Of a stretch of 64,000 nucleotides of DNA, positions 20,077 through 30,645 are shown piece after piece. Under the pieces are notes generated by a model. The model did not search any database and was not told the DNA's origin. It worked only from the letters and a program-made list of their open reading frames with translations. Numbering within the stretch: position 1 is the first letter of the stretch; every line of letters starts with the position of its first letter. The translations under genes were made by a program, and so were the position numbers. Source of the DNA: an uncultured Actinomycetota bacterium (GTDB lineage: Bacteria > Actinomycetota > Actinomycetes > Propionibacteriales > Propionibacteriaceae); NCBI GenBank assembly GCA_963740705.1, contig CAVUGB010000004.1, positions 631,118-695,117 of the forward strand. Direction: 5' to 3'.

Positions 20077-21715
20077 TCAGTGGATCGGCCGCTCCTCGGT
20101 CACGACCTGCTGCACGCCCGGGTCGCCGATGTCGGCGAAGTAGTCCGCCTGCTGCGTCAGGTCGGTGCCGTTGTTGACCTTCATGGCGTTGAGCACCGCG
20201 GTCAGCACGACGGTCACGACGATGTTGAGAGCCAGCGACGTGAGCCCGATGTAGCCGGCGTTACCGAGCCCCGGCACGACGGCCAACGAGTTCGCGAACG
20301 GACGGGTGGAGCAGGCCGTGCAGCCGCCGAACGCGGTGATCGTGCCGTAGAGCATGCCCGCGGCCCAGCCGGCGAGCAACGCCCAGCGGTGGAACCAGCG
20401 GGTGAACAGCCCGAACACGATGGACGGCAGGGTCTGCAGGATCCAGATACCGCCGAGCAGCTGGAAGTTCAGCGCGTTCTGTTTGTCCAGGGTCAGCACG
20501 AAGATCAACGCGCCCACCTTGGTGATCAGCGAGACGATCTTGGAGACCTTGGCCTCCTGGGCGTCGTTCGCATCCGGCTTCAGGTAGGCCTTGTAGATGT
20601 TGCGGGTGAACAGGTTGGCCGCGGCGATCGACATGATCGCCGCCGGCACCAGCGCTCCGATGGCGATGGCACCGAAGGCGACACCGGTGAACCAGCTCGG
20701 GAAATGATCTTCGAAGAGCTGCGGAATGACCAGCTGTGGGTTGATCTTGCCGTCCAACCCCATCGGGATCGTGCCCGCCTTGATCGCGATGTAGCCGAGC
20801 AGGGCCAAGCAGGCCGAGCAACAACGAGTAGGCGGGCAGGATCGCTGCGTTGCGGCGGCCGGTGTTGCGGTCCTTGGAGCTCAGGGTGGCCGTCACCGAG
20901 TGGGGGTACATGAACAGGGCCAACGCCGACCCGAGGGCCAGCGACGCGTACGCCCAGTGCTGGAGCTGACTCGGGATGAAGACACCGGTCGGCACGGCCG
21001 GGTTGGCCGCCGAGGGGGTGGCCATCTTGGTCTGCGCCGCATCGAAGATGCCCGCCCAGCCGCCGAACTTCAGGGGCAGGTAGATGACGGCCACCCCGAT
21101 GACCAGATAGATCAAGATGTCCTTGACGAACGCGATCATCGCCGGCGCCCGCAGCCCGGAGGAGTAGGTGTACGCGGCGAGCACGGCGAAGGCGATCAGC
21201 AGCGGCAGGTCCCGGGCCAGCAGGCTCTCGCCACCGATCCCGATCACCTCGAGGACCGCCTGGATGCCGACCAGCTGCAAGGCGATGTAGGGCATGGTGG
21301 CCAAGATCCCGGTGACCGCGACGGCCAGGCTCAGGCTGCGGGTGCCATAGCGGCCCTGGACGATGTCGGCGGTGGTGATGTAGCCGTGCCGGTGGGCGAC
21401 CGACCACATCCGGCCCAGGAAGAAGAAGATCACCGGGTAGAGCACGATCGTGTACGGGACGGCGAAGAAGCCGGACACCGCACCGGTCGCCCACATGGCA
21501 GCCGGCACGGCGATGAACGTGTACGCCGTATAGAGGTCGCCACCCAGCAGGAACCAGGTCGTGATGGTGCCGAAGCTCTTACCGCCCAGACCCCACTCGT
21601 GCAGCGACTGCAGGTCCTTCGGCCGGCGCCAACGAGCCGCCTGGAACCCCATCACGGTGACGAGGGCGAACAGCACGACCAAGATGATCAAGGCCACCCA
21701 GTTGATGTCCATCAC
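20077..21715 (-). CDS. Sodium:solute symporter, MctP-like monocarboxylate permease; frameshift near 20810
   Basis: EWGLGG, WFLLGGDLYTAYTFIAVPA, ATMPYIALQL, FMYPHS and ALVPAAIMSIAAANLFTRN; two ORFs join. Confidence 0.87.
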
Positions 21716-21993
21716 CGATCACCGTGCTTCGGGGTGTGGTGCCGACGCCGGTAGGCGACCTGCTCGCGTCTGAGCAGCAGATAGCTCAACCCGCACAGAC
21801 CGGCCGCCAAGAACACCCAGAGCAGCTGGTACCAGTAGAAGAACGGGAAGCCGAACAACCGCGGGTTGATCTGGTCGTAGGTGCTGACCAGCAAGGGGAC
21901 GACGATGCCGATCAGCAGCAGACCGGCGACGACGTACTTGGTGGGGGTCAGCTTCCAGCGGGGATCTGTGTCCTGCGAGTCACGTGTGCTCAA
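21712..21993 (-). CDS. DUF3311-type small membrane protein, partner of the symporter
   Basis: PRLFGFPFFYWYQLLW motif, two TM segments, overlaps the symporter start. Confidence 0.85.
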   Translation of the reverse strand: MSTRDSQDTDPRWKLTPTKYVVAGLLLIGIVVPLLVSTYDQINPRLFGFPFFYWYQLLWVFLAAGLCGLSYLLLRREQVAYRRRHHTPKHGDR

Positions 21994-22105
21994 CGGGCCA
22001 GCCTTTCAGCCGTGGCCGCCTCGGCGCAGCCATCTCCGCAGCACGCTACTCCACGCCGGCTGGAACGAACCGTAACCTCGGCCGGGATCGCACTAGGGTG
22101 TCTGC

Positions 22106-23563
22106 ATGCCGTCGATGTCCGAGCTCATAGCCGAGCATTCCGACATCAGCGAGTCCGATCAACGCTGGCTGAAGCTGCTGGTCTCGGAGTGGCAGCTGCT
22201 GGCCGATCTGAGCTTCTCCGACCTCGTGCTCTGGGTGCCCGACCGTGACCCGAACGTCTTCTGGGCGGCCGCTCAGCTGCGGCCCACCACCGGCCCGACG
22301 GCCCTGTTCGACGACGTGGTCGGTGACCTGATCGCCTACTCGCCCGAGCACCTGGTGACCGAGGCGTTCCTCAGCGGTCAGATCACCCGGACCAGCGAGG
22401 CCAAGCTCCAAGCCGGACTTCCGGTGGACACCCACGCCGTGCCGGTCAAGCTCGGCGACCGGGTCATCGCCGTGGTCGAGCAGCACACCAGCCAGCTCGG
22501 TGTACGCGCTCCCAGCCTGCTCGAACGCTCCTACCTCGAGTCCGCCGCCGAGCTGGCCCGGATGATCACGGTCGGCTCCTTCCCGATGCCGGCCGACGTC
22601 ACCAACCTGGCCTTCAGCCCCCGCGTCGGAGACGGCTTCATCCGGATCGATGCCAGTGGGGACGTGGTCTACGCCAGCCCCAACGCCCTGAGCGCCTACC
22701 GCCGGCTCGGGCTGATCGGTGACCTGGTCGACGAGCACCTGCCGACCCTGACCGCCGAGCTGTTCCCCGCCGGCCCCGGCCCGGTCGACGACTCGGTTGC
22801 CTCGGTGCTGTCCGGGCGGTCGGCCCGGCGTACGGAGCTGGTCTCCGGAGACGCCCACCTGATGATCCGGGTGCTGCCGCTGACCAACGGAGCCACCCGG
22901 GTCGGGGCGATCGTGCTGTGCCGTGATGTCAGCGACCTGCGCAGCAAGGAGCGCCAGCTGGTCACCAAGGACGCGACCATCCGCGAGATCCACCATCGGG
23001 TGAAGAACAACCTGCAGACAGTCGCCGCGCTGCTGCGGATGCAGGCCCGGCGGATCGAGTCGGCGGAGGCGAAGGTGGCGCTGAACGACGCGATGTCACG
23101 GGTGGCATCCATCGCGATCGTGCACGAGACCCTGTCCCAGGCCTTCGACGAGACGGTCGAGTTCGACCGGGTGGCCGACGGCCTGCTGCGGATGGTCGGC
23201 GACGTCGCCGCCAGCTGGGGCGGCGTGACCGCCGTGCGCGAGGGCACCTTCGGCGTGCTGTCCGCGGACATGGCCACCAGCCTGGCCATGGTCGTCACCG
23301 AGCTCTGCCAGAATGCCGTCGAGCACGGGCTGGCCGATCGTTCCGGTCAGGTGCGGGTGCTGCCGAGCTTCCACGAGGACCGGCTGCGGGTCGAGATCAG
23401 CGATGACGGCGTCGGTCTGCCCGCCGACTTCGACTGGCGGCAGTCGCGCAGCCTCGGGCTCTCGATCGTCAACACGCTGGTCGCGGAGATGGAGGGCGTG
23501 TTCGAGCTGGGCCCCCAGCCGGAGGGCCCGGGCACCCGGGCGGTGGTGGACCTCCCGCTCTAG
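22106..23563 (+). CDS. pdtaS: Cytoplasmic sensor histidine kinase, PdtaS-like
   Basis: EWQLLADLSFSDLVLW, PAS domain, EIHHRVKNNLQTVAALLR and an HATPase domain; adjacent to whiB1. Confidence 0.9.
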   Translation: MPSMSELIAEHSDISESDQRWLKLLVSEWQLLADLSFSDLVLWVPDRDPNVFWAAAQLRPTTGPTALFDDVVGDLIAYSPEHLVTEAFLSGQITRTSEAKLQAGLPVDTHAVPVKLGDRVIAVVEQHTSQLGVRAPSLLERSYLESAAELARMITVGSFPMPADVTNLAFSPRVGDGFIRIDASGDVVYASPNALSAYRRLGLIGDLVDEHLPTLTAELFPAGPGPVDDSVASVLSGRSARRTELVSGDAHLMIRVLPLTNGATRVGAIVLCRDVSDLRSKERQLVTKDATIREIHHRVKNNLQTVAALLRMQARRIESAEAKVALNDAMSRVASIAIVHETLSQAFDETVEFDRVADGLLRMVGDVAASWGGVTAVREGTFGVLSADMATSLAMVVTELCQNAVEHGLADRSGQVRVLPSFHEDRLRVEISDDGVGLPADFDWRQSRSLGLSIVNTLVAEMEGVFELGPQPEGPGTRAVVDLPL

Positions 23564-23608
23564 CCGGCGGTTGGGAGCGGCCGACCCGATCTGCCTGGGC
23601 GCACAAAA

Positions 23609-23633
23609 CGCCGGGGAAGGTGTTCCCCCGGCG
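23609..23633. terminator. Intrinsic terminator between convergent pdtaS and whiB1
   Basis: CGCCGGGG..CCCCGGCG stem followed by TTTTGT on the minus strand. Confidence 0.7.
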
Positions 23634-23663
23634 CTTGTTGACTGACTGGTTGCTGGTCGTCGT

Positions 23664-23915
23664 TCAGGCGGTGCGAATACGTGCCCGAGCGGCCCGGCGC
23701 TTCAGCGCTCGCCGCTCGTCCTCGCTGAGACCGCCCCAGACCCCGTGGTCTTGACCAGCCTCCAGCGCCCACTGCAGACAGGCGTCGCGTACGTCGCACC
23801 GTCGGCAGACTTGCTTGGCCTCTTCGATCTGGAGAAGCGCGGGACCAGTGTTCCCGATCGGGAAGAACAGCTCCGGATCTTCATCCAGACAGGCGGCCTT
23901 GTGGCGCCAATCCAT
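23664..23915 (-). CDS. whiB1: WhiB-family Fe-S transcription factor (WhiB1/WblE)
   Basis: MDWRHKAACLDEDPELFFPIGNTGPA..CRRC..C..GVWGG. Confidence 0.93.
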   Translation of the reverse strand: MDWRHKAACLDEDPELFFPIGNTGPALLQIEEAKQVCRRCDVRDACLQWALEAGQDHGVWGGLSEDERRALKRRAARARIRTA

Positions 23916-24181
23916 GGCGTACACGCTCCTTACTTGTTGCTCAGAGTCCCTGGCGTGGGACCCCGCAGGCTGGGGGAAGCCGCGAGTCCTCTACACTGAG
24001 CGGCTCGACGAACCCAAGACTTTCAAGTATTGACGGGCAATACAAGAGTTTTCGAGCGTTGACTCGCTCACATTTCAGTTCTGTTACATCTCGTTCCGGC
24101 AACCAGGGTAGCCGCCAGCCGCACCGATCGGGCAGATCGGACGCCCTCGAGGACCGTGTTCTCAGACACTAGACTCGCCGC

Positions 24182-24595
24182 GTGCCACCAACGCCTGCCC
24201 CGAAGCGGCCGGCCCCGCTCGTCCTGGCCGGGGTGCTGCTGCTGGTGGAGGCCCTCGCGGCCTTCGTGTTCGGGGTGCTGGAGATCGGTCAGATCCGGTC
24301 CAGCCGGGCCGTGGTCGGTGTCGGGGTCTCGGCTGTGATGCTCGGCTACGGCCTGTTGTTGGTCGCCGTCGCCCGAGGCGTGCTGCGAGGGCGACGCTGG
24401 AGCCGTGCTCCGGCGGTGGCCACCCAGCTCATCGTGTTGCCGATCGCCTGGAGCTTCCGAGCCGCGCCGACCACGTCGGTCGGGCTGGCCATGGGGGTGG
24501 TGGCCGCTGCCGTGCTGATCGGTCTGCTGCACCCGCGCTCGACCGACGTGTTCGTCGGGCCCTCGGATCCGACCTCCCCGCGGGCCACCGACTAG
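24182..24595 (+). CDS. Conserved actinobacterial membrane protein with 4 TM segments
   Basis: Hydrophobic helices and a RGRRWSRAPAVATQL motif. Confidence 0.7.
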   Translation: MPPTPAPKRPAPLVLAGVLLLVEALAAFVFGVLEIGQIRSSRAVVGVGVSAVMLGYGLLLVAVARGVLRGRRWSRAPAVATQLIVLPIAWSFRAAPTTSVGLAMGVVAAAVLIGLLHPRSTDVFVGPSDPTSPRATD

Positions 24596-24633
24596 GGGTG
24601 GCCCGACCGGGTCGGCTGGGCTCGCCCGAGGGT

Positions 24634-25485
24634 CTAGCCGTCGAGCGCGGCCAAGGCTTGTGACACCTCGGCGTCATGGGCAGCTTCGGCGTCGGCCTCC
24701 TGCTTGACCCGGGAGAGGAACGACTTCGTACGCTCGTTCTGCGGGTTGAGCAGCACGTCGTTCGGGGGCCCCTCCTCGACGACCACGCCCTGGTCCATGA
24801 AGACGACGCGGTCGGCAACGCCTCGGGCGAAACCCATCTCGTGGGTGACCACGATCATCGTGGTGCCGCCCTCGGCCAGATCACGCATCACCTTGAGCAC
24901 CTCGCCGACCAGCTCCGGATCGAGCGCCGAGGTGGGCTCGTCGAAGAGCATCAGCTCGGGCTTCATGGCCAGCGCCCGGGCGATGGCCACTCGCTGCTGC
25001 TGACCGCCGGACAGCTGGGAGGGGTAGTAGTTGGCTCGGTCGGCCAGCCCCACCTTCTCCAGCAGCGCGAGGGCCTCGGCCTTGACCTGTGCCTTCGGCT
25101 GGCCCTTGACCTTGATCGGGGCCTCCATCACGTTCTCCAGCGCCGTCATGTGGGGAAACAGGTTGAAGCGTTGGAAGACCATGCCGATCCGCGAGCGCTG
25201 CCGGGCGATGTCCTTGTCGTTGCGGACGTGCAGCTTGCCCTTGCGCTCCTCGATCCCGATCAGCTCGCCACCGACCCAGATCCGGCCCCCGGTCAGGGTC
25301 TCCATCTGGTTGATCAGCCGCAGGAAGGTCGTCTTGCCCGAGCCGCTCGGCCCCAGCAGCGTGACGACCTCGCCCTGCTCGACCGTGAGGTCGACGCCCT
25401 TGAGCACCTCGTTGCTGCCGAAGGACTTGCTGACGTTGACCGCGCGCACCAGCGGGGTGGTCGGCGGTGTCGTCGTGGTGGTCAT
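24634..25485 (-). CDS. Polar amino acid ABC transporter ATP-binding protein
   Basis: [34 protein letters not shown] and VTHEMGFA. Confidence 0.93.
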   Translation of the reverse strand: MTTTTTPPTTPLVRAVNVSKSFGSNEVLKGVDLTVEQGEVVTLLGPSGSGKTTFLRLINQMETLTGGRIWVGGELIGIEERKGKLHVRNDKDIARQRSRIGMVFQRFNLFPHMTALENVMEAPIKVKGQPKAQVKAEALALLEKVGLADRANYYPSQLSGGQQQRVAIARALAMKPELMLFDEPTSALDPELVGEVLKVMRDLAEGGTTMIVVTHEMGFARGVADRVVFMDQGVVVEEGPPNDVLLNPQNERTKSFLSRVKQEADAEAAHDAEVSQALAALDG

Positions 25486-26450
25486 TTCGCGCTCCCGATC
25501 GCCAGGCCCTTGGCCGCCTTCTCCTTGGTGCTCGGACCGCGTGTGCCGACCCCTCGACCGAACCGCCGCTCCAGGTACGCCTGGCCGATCATCAACACGC
25601 TCGAGGCGATCAGGTAGTAGATCGTCGCGGCGATCAGCACCGGGAACACCTGGTAGGTCCGGTTGCCGATGGCCTGCAGCTGGAAGAACACGTCGGTGGT
25701 GACCGGGATCGCGACCAGCAGTGAGGTGTCCTTCAGCATCGCGGTCGTCTCGTTGCCGGTCGGCGGCACGATCACCCGCATGGCTTGCGGCAGCACGACC
25801 CGGCGCATCGCCTTGCCCCGGCTCATGCCCAGGGCCTGGGCGGCTTCCATCTGACCGGGGTCGACGCTGAGGATGCCGGCCCGAGCGATCTCGGCCATGT
25901 AGGCGGCCTCCGAGGCGGCCAGCCCGATGATGCCGCCGACGAGGCCGCCGAACAGCTTGTTGGCGTCGATGGTCAGGAACCGCCAGTCGCCGCTGAGCCC
26001 CAGCCACTCGATGATCTTCCAGTCGAACGGCACCCCGAAGGACAGCCCGTCGAGGAAGAGCACCCCGAGACCGCCCATGATGACCAGCAGCACGTAACGC
26101 GGGATGGCCCGGAAGAACCAGGTGTAGAGCCAGGACACGCCGCGCAGCACCGGATTGTCCGACAGCCGCATCACCGCCAGCACCACGCCGAGGGCGACCC
26201 CGAAGATCATCGACAAGATGGTCACCGTGATGGTGCTGGTCCAGAAGCCGCGGATCACCGGCTTCTGGTACATCGCCTGGAAGACGAACGGCCAGTTGAA
26301 CGCCTCGTTGTTGATCAGCAGGTTGAGGAACATCGCGGCCAGCACGGCCAAGACGCCGATCGCCACCCACCGCCAGGGGTGGCGGACCGGCGTGGCCTTG
26401 ATCAGACCGGGCCGCTCGTCGGTGCCCTCACGGGCGGCCGTGACGGTCAC
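25482..26450 (-). CDS. Amino acid ABC transporter permease
   Basis: [22 protein letters not shown] and [11 protein letters not shown]. Confidence 0.92.
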   Translation of the reverse strand: MTVTAAREGTDERPGLIKATPVRHPWRWVAIGVLAVLAAMFLNLLINNEAFNWPFVFQAMYQKPVIRGFWTSTITVTILSMIFGVALGVVLAVMRLSDNPVLRGVSWLYTWFFRAIPRYVLLVIMGGLGVLFLDGLSFGVPFDWKIIEWLGLSGDWRFLTIDANKLFGGLVGGIIGLAASEAAYMAEIARAGILSVDPGQMEAAQALGMSRGKAMRRVVLPQAMRVIVPPTGNETTAMLKDTSLLVAIPVTTDVFFQLQAIGNRTYQVFPVLIAATIYYLIASSVLMIGQAYLERRFGRGVGTRGPSTKEKAAKGLAIGSAK

Positions 26451-27337
26451 GGGTTGACGGCGAAATCAGAGATGGCGCCCTGCTCGACGCCCCACTTCTC
26501 GAGCGCTGCCTTGTAGGCGCCGTCGGTCTCGATCGCTTTCAGCGCCTCGACGATCGCGGCGGCGAAGTCGGTCTGGTCCTTGGGCAGGACATAGCCGTAC
26601 GGTGCGGCCTCGTAGATGTCACCGAGCGTCTCGAGCTTGCCGGCGGACTGCTTCACCGCGTACGCGACGACGGGCGAGTCGGCGAGCATGGCATCGGCCT
26701 TGCCGGTGACGACGGCGTTGGTCGCCTGACCCTGGTCCTTGTAGGACAAGATGTTGATCTTGTCGGCGCCGCACTTCTTGCTGCGGGCCGGGAGGTCGGG
26801 GTCGGCCTGGACGGTGCCGGTCTGGACGGCGACGGTCTTGCCGCAGGCGTTGTCGGGGTCGATGCCCTTGGGGTTGCCGGCGGCGGTGGCCCACTGGGTG
26901 CCCGCGGAGAAATAGCTCACCATGTTGACCTGCTTCTTGCGCTCGTCGTTGATGGTGAACGAGGAGATGCCGACGTCGTACTTCTTGCCGTTGACGCCGT
27001 TGATGATCGAGGCGAAGTCGGCGGTCTGGAACTCGGCCTTGACCCCGAACTTGGCGGCCACCGCGTTGAACACGTCGATGTCGAAGCCCTGGATGGTCTT
27101 GCCGTCACCGGCCAGGAACTCGCTCGGGGCATAGCTGGAGTCGGTGCCGACCTTGATCACGCCGGCGTCCTTGATGCTCTGCGGCAGCTTGGCCGACAGG
27201 TCGGCATCCTGGCTGACCGAGACCGACGGGGCGCTGGAGCCGGCGGGCTCGCCACTGAGCGAGTCGGAGCCACAGGCGCTCAGGGCGAGTGCAGCCACCG
27301 AGACCGCGGCGAATCCGATTTTGGTTCTGACGTTCAC
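26447..27337 (-). CDS. Amino acid ABC transporter substrate-binding lipoprotein
   Basis: Lipobox LSAC and family-3 SBP motifs (GFDID, SSFTINDER); GTG at 27337 with an AGGAGG Shine-Dalgarno. Confidence 0.9.
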   Translation of the reverse strand: MNVRTKIGFAAVSVAALALSACGSDSLSGEPAGSSAPSVSVSQDADLSAKLPQSIKDAGVIKVGTDSSYAPSEFLAGDGKTIQGFDIDVFNAVAAKFGVKAEFQTADFASIINGVNGKKYDVGISSFTINDERKKQVNMVSYFSAGTQWATAAGNPKGIDPDNACGKTVAVQTGTVQADPDLPARSKKCGADKINILSYKDQGQATNAVVTGKADAMLADSPVVAYAVKQSAGKLETLGDIYEAAPYGYVLPKDQTDFAAAIVEALKAIETDGAYKAALEKWGVEQGAISDFAVNP

Positions 27338-27538
27338 AGAGTTCTTCCTCCTTTGACACCGGGTGGCATGGACCCCGGGTCGTGTTGCGCTCGACGCGCT
27401 CGGTCGTTGTCGCGCGCCCCGACGGGCACACGGTGTCGGGCCACCTCGCCCCGACAACTGTGAGAATACTGACACGCCGGTCTCGACGTTGCGCCCTTCG
27501 GAACCGGTTGCAACAGCGATTGGAACGAGATCTTGCCG

Positions 27539-28687
27539 TCAGCGCAGGCGCCTGGCCCCGGCCGACGGATGAGCGGCAAAGTGCTCCGGCGCACCGTGAC
27601 CGGCCGCGGCGAAGCGCTCCGCCACCGCCTGTCCCACCCGGTCAGCATCTCCGGCCGGGGTGAGGGCGATGATGCAACCACCGAAACCGCCACCGGTCAT
27701 CCGGGCTCCGAGCGCGCCGGCGTCGCGCGCCGCGTCGACGGCCAGATCGACGGTGGGCACGGTGATCTCGAAGTCGTCGCGCATGGAGGCGTGGGAGGCG
27801 TCCAGCAGCGGCGCCAGGTCGGCGATCCGACCGGTCCTCAAGACGTCGGCCGCCTCGAGCACCCGAGCATTCTCGGTGACCACATGGCGTACGCGACGTT
27901 GCATGACCGGATCGGGCAGCTGCTCGAGGGCCGCCTCGAGGTCATCGACGTCACGCAGGGCCGGCACCCCCAGCAGCCGGGAGGCCGCCTCGCAGGACTG
28001 CCGGCGGGTGGCGTACTCGCTGTCCACCAGGGCGTGCGGGGTCTTGGTGTCCAGCACCAGGAGGTCCAGCCCGGCGGCGGCGAGATCGAGACCGACCTGT
28101 TCGGTGGCGAAGGTGCGGCAGTCGAAGAACAGGGCGTGCTCGGCGGTGCAGAGGGTCGAGGCCGCCTGGTCCATCAGCCCCGTCGGCGCGCCGACGAACT
28201 CGTTCTCGCAGCGACGGGCCAGCTTGGCCCGTTCCAGCGGCTCGATCGAGAGGTTCGAGAGATCGGCCAGAGCGGTCAGCACGGCACACTCCAAGGCGGC
28301 GGACGAGGAGAGTCCGGCGCCGGTCGGCACGTCGGAGGTCAGCACCAGCTCGGCACCCGCGACCTCGTGGCCCGCCTGTTCGAGGGCCCAGACCACGCCC
28401 GCCACGTACGCCGCCCAGCCGGCCATACCCGGGTTCAGGTCGGCCCGGCCGAAGGTGACCGTCGAGCCGAGGTTGAGGGTGGTCACCCGCCAGGTGTCGT
28501 CAGCGCGAGCCGCCGCGGCCACCGTGACTGCTTGGTCGAGAGCGAACGGCATCACGAAACCGTCGTTGTAGTCGGTGTGCTCCCCGATCAGGTTGGCCCG
28601 ACCCGGTGCGGCCCAGATGCCTGTCGGTTGCTGTCCGACCTGGTCGGAATAGGCGCGGGCGACGGCGTCGAGGTCGGTGCTGGTCAC
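27539..28687 (-). CDS. galK: Galactokinase
   Basis: GRANLIGEHTDYNDG, GAGLSSSAA and GARMTGGGFGG. Confidence 0.95.
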   Translation of the reverse strand: MTSTDLDAVARAYSDQVGQQPTGIWAAPGRANLIGEHTDYNDGFVMPFALDQAVTVAAAARADDTWRVTTLNLGSTVTFGRADLNPGMAGWAAYVAGVVWALEQAGHEVAGAELVLTSDVPTGAGLSSSAALECAVLTALADLSNLSIEPLERAKLARRCENEFVGAPTGLMDQAASTLCTAEHALFFDCRTFATEQVGLDLAAAGLDLLVLDTKTPHALVDSEYATRRQSCEAASRLLGVPALRDVDDLEAALEQLPDPVMQRRVRHVVTENARVLEAADVLRTGRIADLAPLLDASHASMRDDFEITVPTVDLAVDAARDAGALGARMTGGGFGGCIIALTPAGDADRVGQAVAERFAAAGHGAPEHFAAHPSAGARRLR

Positions 28688-28736
28688 CCGAGCGACTCTA
28701 GTGCTGGCCGTCGGGTCGGAGCTCTAGGCTGGCTCC

Positions 28737-29708
28737 ATGCTTGCTGCCTACGCCGTCAGCGCCGACCCGGATCGGCCCCTCGACGCGCTTCGCGTGGCCG
28801 AGATCGACCCGCCGCCGACGCCCGAGGAGTGGGTGACCGTCACGGTCAAGGCGGCCGCTCTCAATCATCACGACGTCTGGTCGCTGTGCGGAGTCGGGCT
28901 GCCGTCCGAGCGGTTGCCGATGATTCTCGGCTGCGATGCCGCGGGGGTGACCGCTGATGGCCGCGAGGTGGTCGTGCACGCGGTCGTCAACGACCCGGCC
29001 TTCGATGGTGCGGACTCCACCTACGACCCGCGCCGGTCGTTGCTGTCGGAGCGCTATCCCGGCACGCTGGCCGAGCAGGTGCGGGTGCCGGCCGCCAATG
29101 TGGTGCCCAAACCTCCCGAGCTCAGCTTCGCTCAGGCGGCCTGCCTGCCGACGGCCTGGCTGACCGCGTACCGGATGCTCTTCGTGCAATCCGGGTTGCG
29201 GCCCGGCGAGACGGTCCTGATCCAGGGCGCGGGCGGGGGAGTGGCCACGGCCTGTGTGCTGCTGGCGCGGCAGGCGGGGCTGCGGGTCTGGGTGACGTCG
29301 CGCGACGAGGCTCGTGGGGCGCGGGCGGTTGATCTCGGCGCCCACCAGGCGTTTCCCTCCGGCGCACGACTGCCCGAGCGGGTGGACGCCGTGCTGGAGA
29401 CCGTCGGGGCCGCCACCTGGTCGCACTCGATCAATGCGCTGCGGCCCGGTGGCACGGTGGTCATCTGTGGCACCACCTCCGGCGCCGAGCCGGAGAAGGC
29501 CGAGCTGACCAAGATCTTCTTCAAGCCGTTGCGGGTGATCGGATCGACCATGGGCACCCGAGCCGAGCTGGTGGCGCTGACCCAGATGCTGGTCAGCACA
29601 GGGATTCGACCGGTGATCGACTCGACGCGGCCGCTGGCCGACGCCGCCGAAGGCTTCGCCGCCATGATCAGCGGCGAAGCCTTCGGCAAGATCGTCTTCG
29701 AGCTCTGA
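28737..29708 (+). CDS. MDR-superfamily NADPH:quinone oxidoreductase/zinc-binding dehydrogenase-like protein
   Basis: ALNHHDVW, LGCDAAG, PTAWLTAYRML, QGAGGGVA, GSTMG and FGKIV. Confidence 0.88.
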   Translation: MLAAYAVSADPDRPLDALRVAEIDPPPTPEEWVTVTVKAAALNHHDVWSLCGVGLPSERLPMILGCDAAGVTADGREVVVHAVVNDPAFDGADSTYDPRRSLLSERYPGTLAEQVRVPAANVVPKPPELSFAQAACLPTAWLTAYRMLFVQSGLRPGETVLIQGAGGGVATACVLLARQAGLRVWVTSRDEARGARAVDLGAHQAFPSGARLPERVDAVLETVGAATWSHSINALRPGGTVVICGTTSGAEPEKAELTKIFFKPLRVIGSTMGTRAELVALTQMLVSTGIRPVIDSTRPLADAAEGFAAMISGEAFGKIVFEL

Positions 29709-29711
29709 GCC

Positions 29712-30371
29712 TCAGTCCCCGGCGTGGTCGGAGACCCCGAAAACGATCTTGGTCCCGTAGGGCGCGGCCTGGATCATCCGCAGCTGGGCCAGTGCTGGAT
29801 GGTCGTCCAACAGCTTGGCGGCGTTGGCCATCGAGCGCAGCGCCGCAGTCTCGGCCCGCGCCGTCTCCAGCTGGGCCTGGGCTCGCTGCCGGGTGGTGAC
29901 GAGCTCGGCGTACGCGGCCCGCAGCTCCGTCGGGACGATCACGTCCTTGATCATCACCGAGTCGACCGAGATCCCGAGGGGCCGACCGGCCTCGCGGGCC
30001 GCGGCGGTGAGCGCTTCGATCACCGTACGCCGCGCCTCACGCAAGACCGCCGACACCTCGAGCTCGGCCAACAGCTCTCGCAGGGAGCCCTGGACGGCCA
30101 GATAGACGACTGACATCGGATCCTGGGTCCGTTCGAGGTAGGCGACCGGGTCGGCCACCGACCACAGCACGGTGGCGGTGACCCGCACCGAGACCCCATC
30201 GGCGGTCAGCACCTCCTGCGGCGCGACCGTGGTCAGCGTCGCGCGGCGGTCGACCCGTACGTAGCGGCCCCGGCGGACTCGCCGATGGCGGCCGGCGGTC
30301 AGAACCTTGACCAGGGCTCCGTCGCGGTAGACGACGACGTTCTCCGTCGTCTCGACTGTGATCTTCAACAT
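29712..30371 (-). CDS. SPFH/band-7 (slipin) family protein without an obvious membrane anchor
   Basis: PQEVLTADGVSVRV, IKDVIVP and ARAETAALRSMANAAKLLDDHPALAQLR; GGAGGTGA Shine-Dalgarno at 30378-30385. Confidence 0.88.
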   Translation of the reverse strand: MLKITVETTENVVVYRDGALVKVLTAGRHRRVRRGRYVRVDRRATLTTVAPQEVLTADGVSVRVTATVLWSVADPVAYLERTQDPMSVVYLAVQGSLRELLAELEVSAVLREARRTVIEALTAAAREAGRPLGISVDSVMIKDVIVPTELRAAYAELVTTRQRAQAQLETARAETAALRSMANAAKLLDDHPALAQLRMIQAAPYGTKIVFGVSDHAGD

Positions 30372-30429
30372 GGGTGCTCACCTCCGTGGTCGGAATCGTG
30401 CTGATTGGCGGGTGCTTGGCTGGACAGGG

Positions 30430-30645
30430 TGGACGTCGGCGAACGACACGACGACGTACGGGACCGAGGTCGGCCCGGCCGGAACCGGACGTCACCTGGT
30501 CGCAAGGTGCGTCACCGCTGATGTCGTCCGCCGACGCCGCTACTGGGAGTGGTGCCGTTGCCGGCGTAGCCGTTCAGGGCGGTGCCCCAGGTACGACGCG
30601 CGGAAGGTCTCTCGGCACACCGGGAGCCACCGCTGATCCGGGGCG
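30430..30645 (-). ncRNA. Candidate structured RNA upstream of the SPFH gene, with a degenerate tRNA-like domain
   Basis: -10 hexamer TAGAGT at 30652-30657; 18-bp stem 30538-30521/30449-30432 with G-U pairs valid only on the minus strand; GCAA tetraloop; T-arm-like hairpin. Confidence 0.6.

Noticed and set aside
30590-30640. Glycine riboswitch, suggested by GAGAGACC and a tandem layout
   Set aside because: The conserved CCGAAG and CUCUCAGG elements are missing and the downstream gene is unrelated to glycine metabolism.
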